From positions 246,366 to 310,365 of the forward strand of contig JBBCGO010000001.1 of NCBI GenBank assembly GCA_037200925.1: a DNA stretch of 64,000 nucleotides, read 5' to 3'. The notes under the pieces are model-generated. The model did no database searches and was not told where the DNA came from. It worked only from the letters and a program-made list of their open reading frames with translations. Position 1 is the stretch's first letter. Each line of letters starts with the position of its first letter. The translations under genes were made by a program, and so were the position numbers. The stretch is from Candidatus Doudnabacteria bacterium (GTDB taxonomy: Bacteria > Patescibacteriota > Doudnabacteria > UBA920 > O2-02-FULL-48-8). Shown here one piece after another: positions 9,910-18,393 of the stretch.

Positions 9910-10479
9910 ATGCTGGAGCAGCTCGGCAATTCCGGATTGTACGTAATGGAGGAGCCTGTCTGCGGATTCCCGCCGCGCGAGGTCCTGCCGTCCCGCCTGG
10001 ATGTACGTCAGCTTTTCGAGAGAACGGATGAAGCCAGAGATGAGCTCGTGCGCCGCCTGCTCGAATTCTGCTACAAGAAAGATCAGTGGGTCGGGGTCAG
10101 CTGGACGGCGCTGATGAACGGACTGGATAATGAACTGGAGTCCTATCAGCGAATTGTCCACAGAACCCGGCCAGGGGAACTCGCCTACCAAGAAGCGACG
10201 AAGAAGCACATCCGCAGCAATTTCTGGACGCTAGGACTCTACGGGTATTTCCGGCCTGCGCCCCTGCCGCCGGTGAATCTGGAGCGGGCAGCGCTGGAAA
10301 AAAAGATCCTCTGGTCATCCCACGATCAGCGAGAACAACTGGGATTGGCGGCGATGAGGCTTGTGGCGGAAGAATACCTGAAAGTTGATGTCGACTTGCT
10401 TGGCCATGATCGCCTGAAAAGGGTTTTCTTCCTCACGGCTAATCTCGTCTGGCTTTACGTGCGTAAAGAAAAAGCGTGA
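9910..10479 (+). CDS. Hypothetical protein (GC-rich insert)
   Basis: 189-aa ORF with GGGAGG 4 nt upstream; same strand and composition as 9423 ORF. Confidence 0.45.
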   Translation: MLEQLGNSGLYVMEEPVCGFPPREVLPSRLDVRQLFERTDEARDELVRRLLEFCYKKDQWVGVSWTALMNGLDNELESYQRIVHRTRPGELAYQEATKKHIRSNFWTLGLYGYFRPAPLPPVNLERAALEKKILWSSHDQREQLGLAAMRLVAEEYLKVDVDLLGHDRLKRVFFLTANLVWLYVRKEKA

Positions 10480-10518
10480 ACATTCATCAAGTTTGCGCTT
10501 TATTTTTTTCAAAAAAAC

Positions 10519-11451
10519 CTAATTGTTGATACCGCACAATTGTTTGACCGCAGAGATATCTTCTGCCGTCAATTTTTCATTTTTGCCCTGGTTCAGATAA
10601 TACATGATGGCCTCAGGGTTGGTATTGATGTGAGAAAGCCCTAAAGCATGACCGAGCTCGTGAGCCAAAACCCGGATCAGCTGGTTTTGATTGTCAAATT
10701 CATAAATGTCAATTTCATTGCCCGATGAATCGGACTTATACAAGCCTTCTTCAAATTCCTGCCCGCGGCTTTGGCCTACCGTGTTATATTGCGACACATT
10801 CAAATTAAGCGCGGACCCGATCCGGTTCAGCGTGCTGGCCAAAGCATTGATCTGGTCAACAATTGCATTAAACTGGTCTTTTTCCTGGTTGATCTGAGCG
10901 GCCTGCGCATTGAGCTGGTCGCGCTGGGCATTCAATTGCGCTGCGGTTTGGCGGTCAGCCCCGCCGTTGGAATTCCAATAATTCACCTGCTGCTCATAAG
11001 CGGCGCGCTGTTTTTCGTATGAGGCTGTATCGGCATCGAGTTTTTGCTTCCGGACCTTATCGTCCGCGCTCAAAGAATCATAACGCGCCTTCAGCGTATT
11101 GTAAGACGACTGCGAATCGTCGATGGTCAGGCCCAGCGCCCGCAATTTGTCCGTCGCCTCCTGGCGATAGTCATAAACCAGATTGATCTTCAGCTTGCCG
11201 GCCGCAGAATACTGGAACAGGTCTTTACTGATCGGCATATCCCAGATCTGGACTGCCTGGTTCACGTCATCCAAAAATTTCTGCTGCGTTACGCCGAACT
11301 TGGGATCAAATGTTCCGATGGAGTAAGTGATCGGAGCCGTGCAGGGTTTGGCAAACAGATGCAGATTTTTTGACTGATAATAAAAAACACCGCCTGCCGC
11401 GGCCAGAACAATAAAAATAAAAAATATAATTAAATTCTTGTATTTTGACAT
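10519..11451 (-). CDS. Secreted zinc metalloprotease, matrixin/M10-like with coiled-coil region
   Basis: N-terminal signal/TM; HELGHALGLSH zinc-binding HExxHxxGxxH motif near C-terminus; Q/N-rich coiled-coil middle. Confidence 0.6.
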   Translation of the reverse strand: MSKYKNLIIFFIFIVLAAAGGVFYYQSKNLHLFAKPCTAPITYSIGTFDPKFGVTQQKFLDDVNQAVQIWDMPISKDLFQYSAAGKLKINLVYDYRQEATDKLRALGLTIDDSQSSYNTLKARYDSLSADDKVRKQKLDADTASYEKQRAAYEQQVNYWNSNGGADRQTAAQLNAQRDQLNAQAAQINQEKDQFNAIVDQINALASTLNRIGSALNLNVSQYNTVGQSRGQEFEEGLYKSDSSGNEIDIYEFDNQNQLIRVLAHELGHALGLSHINTNPEAIMYYLNQGKNEKLTAEDISAVKQLCGINN

Positions 11452-11500
11452 TTATCTGCTAATCGGATAATATACTGTTAAATACCGAACACATGGGAGG

Positions 11501-11899
11501 ATGAACATGAAGCGCGGGGCTAAAACCACTCTCTCGCATGCCATCTCGACTGAAAGGCATACACTGGAACGATCCGAAGAGCTGGATTCCTGGGACAAGG
11601 CATTTAAGGAAGTCCGCCGGCTTTGGAACAAAGGGCGCCGCCAGCTCTACCTGGTCGCACGCCGGGATATCAAGGAACGGCACTTCGTGGCGTTCCCGCT
11701 GCCGGATCCGGAACATGTCGATCTGCTTGAGTATCAATGCCGGGACATGATCGTTGCGTCCAAGTTCGTGGTCCTGGACACTGAGACAAAAGAACAGACC
11801 AGTTCGGCGGATCAGACGGCCATCCGGGCCATTGCGTTGGTCTACATGAGCACCGACGAATCGTTCAATGACCACGATCTGCCGCATGTCGAATTCTGA
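11501..11899 (+). CDS. Hypothetical protein (GC-rich insert)
   Basis: 132 aa; GGGAGG immediately upstream of ATG. Confidence 0.4.
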   Translation: MNMKRGAKTTLSHAISTERHTLERSEELDSWDKAFKEVRRLWNKGRRQLYLVARRDIKERHFVAFPLPDPEHVDLLEYQCRDMIVASKFVVLDTETKEQTSSADQTAIRAIALVYMSTDESFNDHDLPHVEF

Positions 11900-11910
11900 G
11901 AACATCCCGC

Positions 11911-12120
11911 ATGACACCCTTGCTCAGCCAGATCCCCGACGGGCAGATATTCGTACTCCTCGAACCGGCAGGAAATGTCCGCGCCCACATCGCGATCATC
12001 CGCAAGGACAAAAGTTTCTTCCTGCTGAAACACGACAATAGCCCCTATGGGGAACCGCTGAAAATCCCGGGCGACCCGATAAGCGTGCCCGTCAACTACA
12101 TTACGGATTGGAAAGCTTAG
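11911..12120 (+). CDS. Hypothetical protein (GC-rich insert)
   Basis: 69 aa; followed by hairpin+T-run terminator. Confidence 0.3.
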   Translation: MTPLLSQIPDGQIFVLLEPAGNVRAHIAIIRKDKSFFLLKHDNSPYGEPLKIPGDPISVPVNYITDWKA

Positions 12121-12146
12121 GGTTGACTATTCTGATAATCACAGGT

Positions 12147-12176
12147 CTCAAGCATCGCTTGAGGCTTTTCTTTTTA
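12147..12176 (+). terminator. Rho-independent terminator
   Basis: CTCAAGC-atcg-CTTGAG stem followed by GCTTTTCTTTTT. Confidence 0.5.
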
Positions 12177-12183
12177 TCCGGAT

Positions 12184-12732
12184 TTATTCCGGTTTCAGAA
12201 GCGGCGCGAATTTTTGCCGCAGTTTGGCGATCTTCGGATTTATGACAAACTGGCAATAGGCTTTGTTCTTATTCTGCTCATAATAGCGCTGGTGATAGCT
12301 TTCCGCCGGCCAAAATTTTTCCAAAGCCGAAACTTCGGTCACGATCGGATCGTCGAAAGTCTCGTCATCTTCAAGTTTTTTGATGAATTGTTCGGCTTCG
12401 GTTTTTTGCTCGGCAGTCATATAAAAAACCGCGGAGCGGTACTGCTCGCCCACATCATCGCCCTGGCGGTTCAGTGTGGTCGGATCATGCGTGCCGAAGA
12501 ACACATTCAAAAGATCCGCAAACTTTACGACCTTCGGATCAAACTCGATCTTGATGGCTTCCGCATGCCCGGTGTTGCCCGCGCTGACCTGCTCATAAGT
12601 CGGATTATCAGTGTGTCCGCCGGCATAGCCGGATTCCACGGATTCCACGCCTTTCAGGCGCGTGAAAATAGCTTCCGTGCACCAAAAGCACCCGCCGCCG
12701 AATACCGCAGTTTCCAATTTTTTGTCTGGCAT
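12184..12732 (-). CDS. msrA: Peptide methionine sulfoxide reductase A
   Basis: 182 aa; AVFGGGCFWC active-site motif. Confidence 0.9.
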   Translation of the reverse strand: MPDKKLETAVFGGGCFWCTEAIFTRLKGVESVESGYAGGHTDNPTYEQVSAGNTGHAEAIKIEFDPKVVKFADLLNVFFGTHDPTTLNRQGDDVGEQYRSAVFYMTAEQKTEAEQFIKKLEDDETFDDPIVTEVSALEKFWPAESYHQRYYEQNKNKAYCQFVINPKIAKLRQKFAPLLKPE

Positions 12733-12736
12733 TAAC

Positions 12737-13213
12737 TTATTTATTTAATTCCCAGATGTTGTAATTCAAATAAGTAGTAAAGCAAACCCACGCAAAATAC
12801 GGCAGGAGCAGAAGCGAGGCCGGCATCGAAACCGGATATGCAAGCAAAATCAGCGCCAGCACGGACAGACCCAGGGCGGTGGATTCCACTGTTGCCAGCC
12901 CGGTCAGATGCAGGGTGAAAAATAAAAAATTCCAGAAAACATTCATGACCCCGTTCAGTACAAAAAGTCCGATAGTATAAATGAATATCGGATCGCTGTG
13001 CGCGATGTCGCTGGAATTCCAGATGATCATCACAGAAATAGCGGTCAGAACATATATCCCGGTCCAGACCCGGCCTATCGTGATGCCATCAGGCGCTATA
13101 TCCGGCAGCTGAAGCCTCTTATACCAGCTTTTCAAGCCTATCTCAACAAACTCACTGCCGGAAAGCGCCACCAGCGCGGTTATTAAAGGGATTATAATGT
13201 AATTTAATTTCAT
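12737..13213 (-). CDS. tspO: TspO/MBR family tryptophan-rich membrane protein
   Basis: 158 aa, 5 predicted TM; KSWYKRLQLPDIAP...RVWTGIYVLTAISV matches the TspO WY..L.KP...P and VWxxLY pattern. Confidence 0.6.
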   Translation of the reverse strand: MKLNYIIIPLITALVALSGSEFVEIGLKSWYKRLQLPDIAPDGITIGRVWTGIYVLTAISVMIIWNSSDIAHSDPIFIYTIGLFVLNGVMNVFWNFLFFTLHLTGLATVESTALGLSVLALILLAYPVSMPASLLLLPYFAWVCFTTYLNYNIWELNK

Positions 13214-13307
13214 TTTTGCCGGTTAATTTGGTTTAATTATACCCCACGGCAGACAGGGAGTCAAAAATAGTATTGGCTAATGCTTTTCATTTTTGTTTGA
13301 ATCAGTG

Positions 13308-13598
13308 CTATCCAATGGACAGACTAGACATTCCTTTAACAAAGAAAAACATTAATAAAGCAATAAGAAATAAAACAGCACTCGTTGCTTTAGCCCAATC
13401 GTTCTTGTGTTTAACACTAACCCAAAACATAAAAATTGAACCTATAATCGGTATAAATAAAATGGTAAAGAAGAATCCATTGTAGTCTGTAACATAAAAT
13501 CCTTTAAAATAATTTTCCAGTACTGGAGAGCCCCAAAATACGATATTTGGTAAAAGAACTAAAAGCAAAAAAATCCAAGTAATCTTATTGTTTAACAT
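13308..13598 (-). CDS. Small membrane protein, hypothetical
   Basis: 96 aa, 3 hydrophobic helices; AT-rich. Confidence 0.4.
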   Translation of the reverse strand: MLNNKITWIFLLLVLLPNIVFWGSPVLENYFKGFYVTDYNGFFFTILFIPIIGSIFMFWVSVKHKNDWAKATSAVLFLIALLMFFFVKGMSSLSIG

Positions 13599-13895
13599 TT
13601 AGAAACCGAAGTTAGAAAATATATAACCAAAAAATAACACTAATATACTAATTAAAAAAACTATACTAGACAAAGCACTTATTAATCTATGTCGGTTCCT
13701 AATACTTACAAAAAAACTAATAATAGAGCCAACTAAAGATACAATGGCTAAGATAAACGTTATTGTATTTAGATAATCTAAATTCCATGATTGATTTTTT
13801 AAAACAAAACTATTGATGCAAATTAACACTAAGGGCAGGACCGCAATAAACCAAAAGAACACGGATAACTTTTTATTACTCATAACTTTAGTCAA
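13599..13895 (-). CDS. Small membrane protein, hypothetical
   Basis: 98 aa, 3 hydrophobic helices; adjacent start/stop with previous ORF. Confidence 0.4.
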   Translation of the reverse strand: MTKVMSNKKLSVFFWFIAVLPLVLICINSFVLKNQSWNLDYLNTITFILAIVSLVGSIISFFVSIRNRHRLISALSSIVFLISILVLFFGYIFSNFGF

Positions 13896-13902
13896 CTATT
13901 AA

Positions 13903-16458
13903 TTATTTAATTAAATTAGTTATTGCCAAAAGCATATCATTTTTATTCGCAGGCACGGTTTGTTTTAGATCATATCCATAAGATCTAAATTCTTCCATGG
14001 TTTTAAATCCATAACGTTTCTCATTGTTTACAAGCCAAACGGTCTGACCATCAAAGATCAAGCTTCCATTGGGATGAATCTCGTCAGGATCTGTGATCAA
14101 CCCGCCCAGTTCATATGCGTTTAAATCCGCTGTCAGGACCTGGTTAAATCCGAATCCCAACCCTTTGAACGCTTTTTCCGAGGCAAATCCATACTTTTTG
14201 CCTTTGCTCCCAATCATATAGATCGTTCGATTATCCATTAAATCCAATGCCAAAGTGCCGTCTCTAAGCTTGCTAACTGGTTTCTCTAATATCTTAGCAT
14301 TATCTTGCGGTTTTTTGCTATCGCTTGTCGCAGGAGCCGCGGCTATAATACTTCCACCACCGCTTCCCCCGCCACTGCTCCCAGAAATTGGAATATAGGG
14401 CGCGGTATTAATTGCCTGTGTTAAGACTTGAACGGGATCAACCGAATTGATCGTTGAAAAAATATTTGAATTGTCAACCATAATATTATTATCATCAGAA
14501 TTTTGAGAAACATTAAAACTTATACTACTGCCGAGAACGATGCGGACGTTGTCAAACAAAGTATTGTTTGTAACCTGATCATTGTTGATATCAGAAACAA
14601 TCAAGTCAAAACTGCCATTGGCTGTCCCGGTTCCTTGAATTGTATAAGTCTGGCCTTCGTCTGTGGGCAGAAAAATATAAGCCTCGTCATCAATCACTTC
14701 GTATTGAACACCAGGAATATTATTTTCAATCGTACCGTCACTAAGCGGTCCGCTATGATTGTTTAAAGAATCATAAATCTGCACAGATACCGGACTGCGC
14801 CAATTAAGTTCCTTTCCATTCAAGGGACAGAAGTTCGGATTGGTACTAGTATTGGAACTAAGGGTTTCGTGGCCATCTAGAATTCCCGCGATGAGTTGTT
14901 TTACTCCATCCATACTTGGCAATTTTACATGCTCCGCATCTTTAACATAATATTCGGTACCTGAAGAATAGTCTGCACTGACAAATGGCACGGTACCATC
15001 GCCATTAGAATATTGTATATTTACTATTTTTCTTTTTGAGTCATCAATCGTGAAAAGATCCCTAGTAGATGCCCGTTTGCAACCAACGATATTGAATACC
15101 TTGATATCACCATAGTCCAAGTCTTCTAATTTTTTTGCAAAAAAACTTTGCGCCTGGTTAATTAGGGAAATATTCTTACCTAATTCGAACAAGTAAATAT
15201 TTGTATCGGTATAATCCAATACTTTATTTAACGAAGTGACTTTTATATAACCCTGGTAGCGATTAAAATATTTCTTATTAGGGAGCAATTCATACATTGA
15301 TGGTGAATTCAAGGCGATAGATTTGACCTCGAGTGGATTAATAAAATATGACATTGGTGTACCCAAATCACCAGAGAGTAAGGCGTTTGCTGCTTTAGGC
15401 GCTCCTAAGTGAGGAGTGCCTACAAAAATTAACTTATCAATAGTAGAAGTCCCGAATTGATTAATGTAATCTTCAGTGATTAATCCACCCATACTATGAG
15501 CAATTATATCTATTTTATCAGCTCCGGTTTGTTTTTTAATATCCAATATTTTTTGGTTCAACTCATCACGATCAATATCTAAATCAAGCCGCCAATCGTA
15601 AGGAAAGACAAATAGATTTTGGTCTAAAGTATAGCCATTATTTTCTAGATTTTGAATTAATCCTTCAAAAATTATAGTATGAGTAAAAGCAAAATCATAG
15701 CGTTCAATTATATTACCGCTATTTATACTATTAATAGAATTTCCTTCGTCGTCTAAACTTAAATGATTAGTTAAGAAATTGTGAGGTGAAAAAAAATCGG
15801 CTATCAATTCGGTTGGGTTCATCCAAATTAAACTATCCCCATCATAAAGTTCGCTACCCATGATTCCGGGTATTATCAAAACTGGTCTAAGACCCGTTGG
15901 TTCAGGAGCTGTTCCTGTTGGGTTTTGGACATCATCCACATCCACTACATATGAATAGCTTGAAACTGTTGCGACCGGAAAATTGTCCAGTACCTCAGCC
16001 CAGATGTATTTGACTGATCCACTCGCAAGGACTGGTGTGGCCGGCTCATCATTGAACACATAATTAGCCAGGTCAGTATCATATGAAAAAACATTTTGGC
16101 CGGGGATGACCTCGGGCTGGAAGGCAAATCCCGCGATTAGTGTACAAGTTGCGTCCATAAAATTGATTTTGATATTTGTGGATGCCGTGCTTGGAAATAG
16201 CAAATTTATGCTCAAAGTTATCACTGTCCCATTTTTTGAGGCAAAATGGTTGTTATCCGATCCGTAACTAAAAGCTCTTGTCCCATCTTCTTGGGACATA
16301 TCCGCAACCAAATGAGCCGAAGCCTGCGCCGAATCACAGTCTGTAGTCGGCAAAGACAGGTCAGCCCGGGTTTTTCCGGGTACAAAAAAGACGCTCAAAA
16401 CAAGCGCCGCGACTAGTATTATTCTGAATATCCGTTCTTTACATAAGCCGGAAAGCAT
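13903..16458 (-). CDS. Secreted lipase/esterase-like alpha/beta hydrolase (PGAP1/LCAT-like) with Gly/Ser linker and two C-terminal copies of a shared ~50-aa module
   Basis: 851 aa; signal peptide; IIAHSMGGLI GxSxG nucleophile elbow; GSSGGGSGGGS linker; C-terminal repeats related to C-termini of 19947..22844 and 33309..34553. Confidence 0.6.
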   Translation of the reverse strand: MLSGLCKERIFRIILVAALVLSVFFVPGKTRADLSLPTTDCDSAQASAHLVADMSQEDGTRAFSYGSDNNHFASKNGTVITLSINLLFPSTASTNIKINFMDATCTLIAGFAFQPEVIPGQNVFSYDTDLANYVFNDEPATPVLASGSVKYIWAEVLDNFPVATVSSYSYVVDVDDVQNPTGTAPEPTGLRPVLIIPGIMGSELYDGDSLIWMNPTELIADFFSPHNFLTNHLSLDDEGNSINSINSGNIIERYDFAFTHTIIFEGLIQNLENNGYTLDQNLFVFPYDWRLDLDIDRDELNQKILDIKKQTGADKIDIIAHSMGGLITEDYINQFGTSTIDKLIFVGTPHLGAPKAANALLSGDLGTPMSYFINPLEVKSIALNSPSMYELLPNKKYFNRYQGYIKVTSLNKVLDYTDTNIYLFELGKNISLINQAQSFFAKKLEDLDYGDIKVFNIVGCKRASTRDLFTIDDSKRKIVNIQYSNGDGTVPFVSADYSSGTEYYVKDAEHVKLPSMDGVKQLIAGILDGHETLSSNTSTNPNFCPLNGKELNWRSPVSVQIYDSLNNHSGPLSDGTIENNIPGVQYEVIDDEAYIFLPTDEGQTYTIQGTGTANGSFDLIVSDINNDQVTNNTLFDNVRIVLGSSISFNVSQNSDDNNIMVDNSNIFSTINSVDPVQVLTQAINTAPYIPISGSSGGGSGGGSIIAAAPATSDSKKPQDNAKILEKPVSKLRDGTLALDLMDNRTIYMIGSKGKKYGFASEKAFKGLGFGFNQVLTADLNAYELGGLITDPDEIHPNGSLIFDGQTVWLVNNEKRYGFKTMEEFRSYGYDLKQTVPANKNDMLLAITNLIK

Positions 16459-16530
16459 ATTTAGAACTAATTGGTCTTTTTTACTCTATCAATTGCTTAC
16501 GCTTAAGTCAAGAGGGTTCCTCCAACTATT

Positions 16531-16552
16531 CTCTAATTCGCGCGAATTAGAG
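16531..16552. promoter_or_regulatory. Perfect 22-bp palindrome CTCTAATTCGCGCGAATTAGAG overlapping arsR stop codon (member of ATTCGCGCGAAT repeat family)
   Basis: self-complementary; shares 5' flank CCAACTATTCTC with copies at 16821 and 24554. Confidence 0.6.
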
Positions 16553-16807
16553 TTCGTTAATCAGGGATTTGACGAATGTTCGCTGGTTTGGATTTAGCCG
16601 GTAAAATACTGTGAGACTTCTTTGTTCTTTATCAACCAGATCCGCATGCGCCAATAGATTCAAATGTTTGGATGTTGCCTTAAGTGAAAGTTTGATCTGG
16701 TCCGCAATCTGGCCGACTGAGGCTTCGCGCTGATGCTTTAAACACTTGAGAATTGCCAACCGCCGCCGGTTAGCTAAGGCCTTCACAATTCTTTCTATTT
16801 CTTTCAT
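16547..16807 (-). CDS. ArsR/SmtB-family HTH transcriptional regulator
   Basis: 86 aa; RRRLAILKCL...ASVGQIADQIKLSLKATSKHLNLL winged-helix pattern. Confidence 0.75.
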   Translation of the reverse strand: MKEIERIVKALANRRRLAILKCLKHQREASVGQIADQIKLSLKATSKHLNLLAHADLVDKEQRSLTVFYRLNPNQRTFVKSLINEL

Positions 16808-16826
16808 ATATGGATTATATTACTAT

Positions 16827-16850
16827 TCTCCTATTCGCGCGAATTAGAGA
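16827..16850. promoter_or_regulatory. Imperfect palindrome TCTCCTATTCGCGCGAATTAGAGA in arsR promoter region (candidate operator)
   Basis: 20-43 nt upstream of arsR start; same core as 16531 site. Confidence 0.5.
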
Positions 16851-16916
16851 CGGTATGGCCGGTTGCAATCTGGACGATTATAAGTATTATTATATCAAAT
16901 GACGAGGAGGAATTAG

Positions 16917-17534
16917 ATGGCCTTGCCGCACATCATTCCGATAGATCCGATACTGATGCGCCATGCGTTTGACGACCCTGACTGGATCTTCGAGCCGAAG
17001 TTCGACGGATACCGGGGAGTCCTGTACATTGACGGCAATGAAAGTTATTTCCGTTCAAAGCGCAACAAGCCGCTTAGAGCATTCAACGACCTGGCTCACA
17101 AGATCCGCAAGGAGCTTAAGGTCAAAGCAGCCATCATGGACGGCGAGATCACTGTACTGGACGCCAAAACCGGGTATTCGGACTTCAAAGCTTTGCATTC
17201 TCGCAAAGGCACACCGGTCTATATGGCGTTCGACCTGCTTTGGTTGGGCCAGCGGGACCTGACTGCTTTGCCGCTGATCGAACGCAAAAAAAAGCTGCGG
17301 TCGCTGACCCGCGCCGAGGGCTGGATCAGGTTCGTGCAGCACATAACCGGCCAAGGACAGATGTTCATGGACCAGATCGTGGCCGCGGGACTGGAAGGCA
17401 TGGTGGCCAAAGAAAAAAAAGGCGTCTATGCGCGCCCCACCAATTGGATGAAGGTCCTGAATCCGAACATCAAGGAGCAAAGACACGACAGAGCCAAGAT
17501 GTTCAACCGTTACAGAGGTAAAGAAAATGCCTGA
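16917..17534 (+). CDS. ATP-dependent DNA ligase, minimal nucleotidyltransferase-domain type (LigD-ligase-domain-like)
   Basis: 205 aa; motif I EPKFDGYRG (KxDG), motif III MAFDLLWL, motif IV MDGEITV, motif V LEGMVAK; GGAGGA RBS; GC-rich. Confidence 0.7.
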   Translation: MALPHIIPIDPILMRHAFDDPDWIFEPKFDGYRGVLYIDGNESYFRSKRNKPLRAFNDLAHKIRKELKVKAAIMDGEITVLDAKTGYSDFKALHSRKGTPVYMAFDLLWLGQRDLTALPLIERKKKLRSLTRAEGWIRFVQHITGQGQMFMDQIVAAGLEGMVAKEKKGVYARPTNWMKVLNPNIKEQRHDRAKMFNRYRGKENA

Positions 17535-17566
17535 GCGCTCTTCCGCTCAGGCTTATTTTTTTATAA
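17529..17566 (+). terminator. Rho-independent terminator
   Basis: GCCTGAGCG-ctcttcc-GCTCAGGC followed by TTATTTTTTT. Confidence 0.6.
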
Positions 17567-17752
17567 TATATTTTGCACTCGGCCGACCTGCCCGTCTTCC
17601 AGCCGGACTTTTATGCCGCGATGGTGAAAATCAGAACTGGTCAGAATTTCAGCCACACGGCCGCGGGTCAGAGTGCCGGTGCCCTGATGCTCTTTCAGAA
17701 TCACCTCTACTTCCATGCCGGGTTTTATATCATCGCGATTGTTTCCGTTCAT
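17561..17752 (-). CDS. YwbE-like (DUF2196) small protein
   Basis: 63 aa; G.EVEVILKE.QGTG.LTRG.V..ILT......GIKVRLEDGQVGRV pattern. Confidence 0.5.
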   Translation of the reverse strand: MNGNNRDDIKPGMEVEVILKEHQGTGTLTRGRVAEILTSSDFHHRGIKVRLEDGQVGRVQNIL

Positions 17753-17999
17753 AGTTGGCTTTCCTGATGATTTCCAATTTTTCGCTTTGGGATAATTGTT
17801 TGATGCGATATTCTTTGGCCTGCGCAGAAGATCTGTTGCGGAATTTTTGGGAAAAAATAAGTTTTACCGGCCTTCTGCCCCGCGTGTATTTGGCGCCCAA
17901 AACCGAGGAATTATGCTCGCGCACTCTTCTGGCCAGATCGACGCAGATGCCGGTATAGAGCGTCTTATCCGCGCATCTGAGAATGTAAACATAATACAT
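17730..17999 (-). CDS. GIY-YIG nuclease superfamily protein (UPF0213-like)
   Basis: 89 aa; YYVYILRC...LYTGICVDLARRVREH GIY-YIG core. Confidence 0.65.
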   Translation of the reverse strand: MYYVYILRCADKTLYTGICVDLARRVREHNSSVLGAKYTRGRRPVKLIFSQKFRNRSSAQAKEYRIKQLSQSEKLEIIRKANYERKQSR

Positions 18000-18025
18000 A
18001 AGATGATCAGAAAAACACCAAAGCT

Positions 18026-18256
18026 CTATTTTTTATACTGATTTATTTTATTTTCCAGGACTTTTTTCGCCTCAGGATTGGTCATCGTCGGCAAAAGACT
18101 TTCCGCTTCACGGATATACAGATCCCTGTTATTCCCAACTATTCCTGGAGCAGTCTCCACTTCGCCCGGGTTATCGATCAGCTTTGACAGCCTCATCGCC
18201 ATTTCCACATCGCTTGCCCTCTCTTCCGGATTCCCTTGTTCTTTCTCATTTTCCAT
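18026..18256 (-). CDS. Hypothetical protein
   Basis: 76-aa acidic ORF. Confidence 0.3.
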   Translation of the reverse strand: MENEKEQGNPEERASDVEMAMRLSKLIDNPGEVETAPGIVGNNRDLYIREAESLLPTMTNPEAKKVLENKINQYKK

Positions 18257-18393
18257 ATTGATAATTTCTTAATGATAATTTATTTTCTTACAACCATTCC
18301 AGCATATGGTTGATAGTTAATAACTGCATGCATTATAACCAAAAATGGGAACAAAAAAAAGAGCCCAAGGAACTTTCGTTCACTTAAGCTCTG

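Noticed and set aside
9775-10209. 144-aa minus-strand ORF overlapping 9910..10479 (+), and 11459..11917 (-) overlapping 11501..11899 (+)
   Set aside because: The plus-strand ORFs have GGAGG-type RBSs at correct spacing and share orientation with the neighbouring GC-rich genes; minus-strand alternatives lack RBS and are Arg-rich.
18358-18392. Terminator call downstream of 18394..19842
   Set aside because: Hairpin is imperfect (outer GAGC/GCTC only with mismatched interior) although followed by a T8 run on the minus strand; kept only as an observation in the loop-motif finding.
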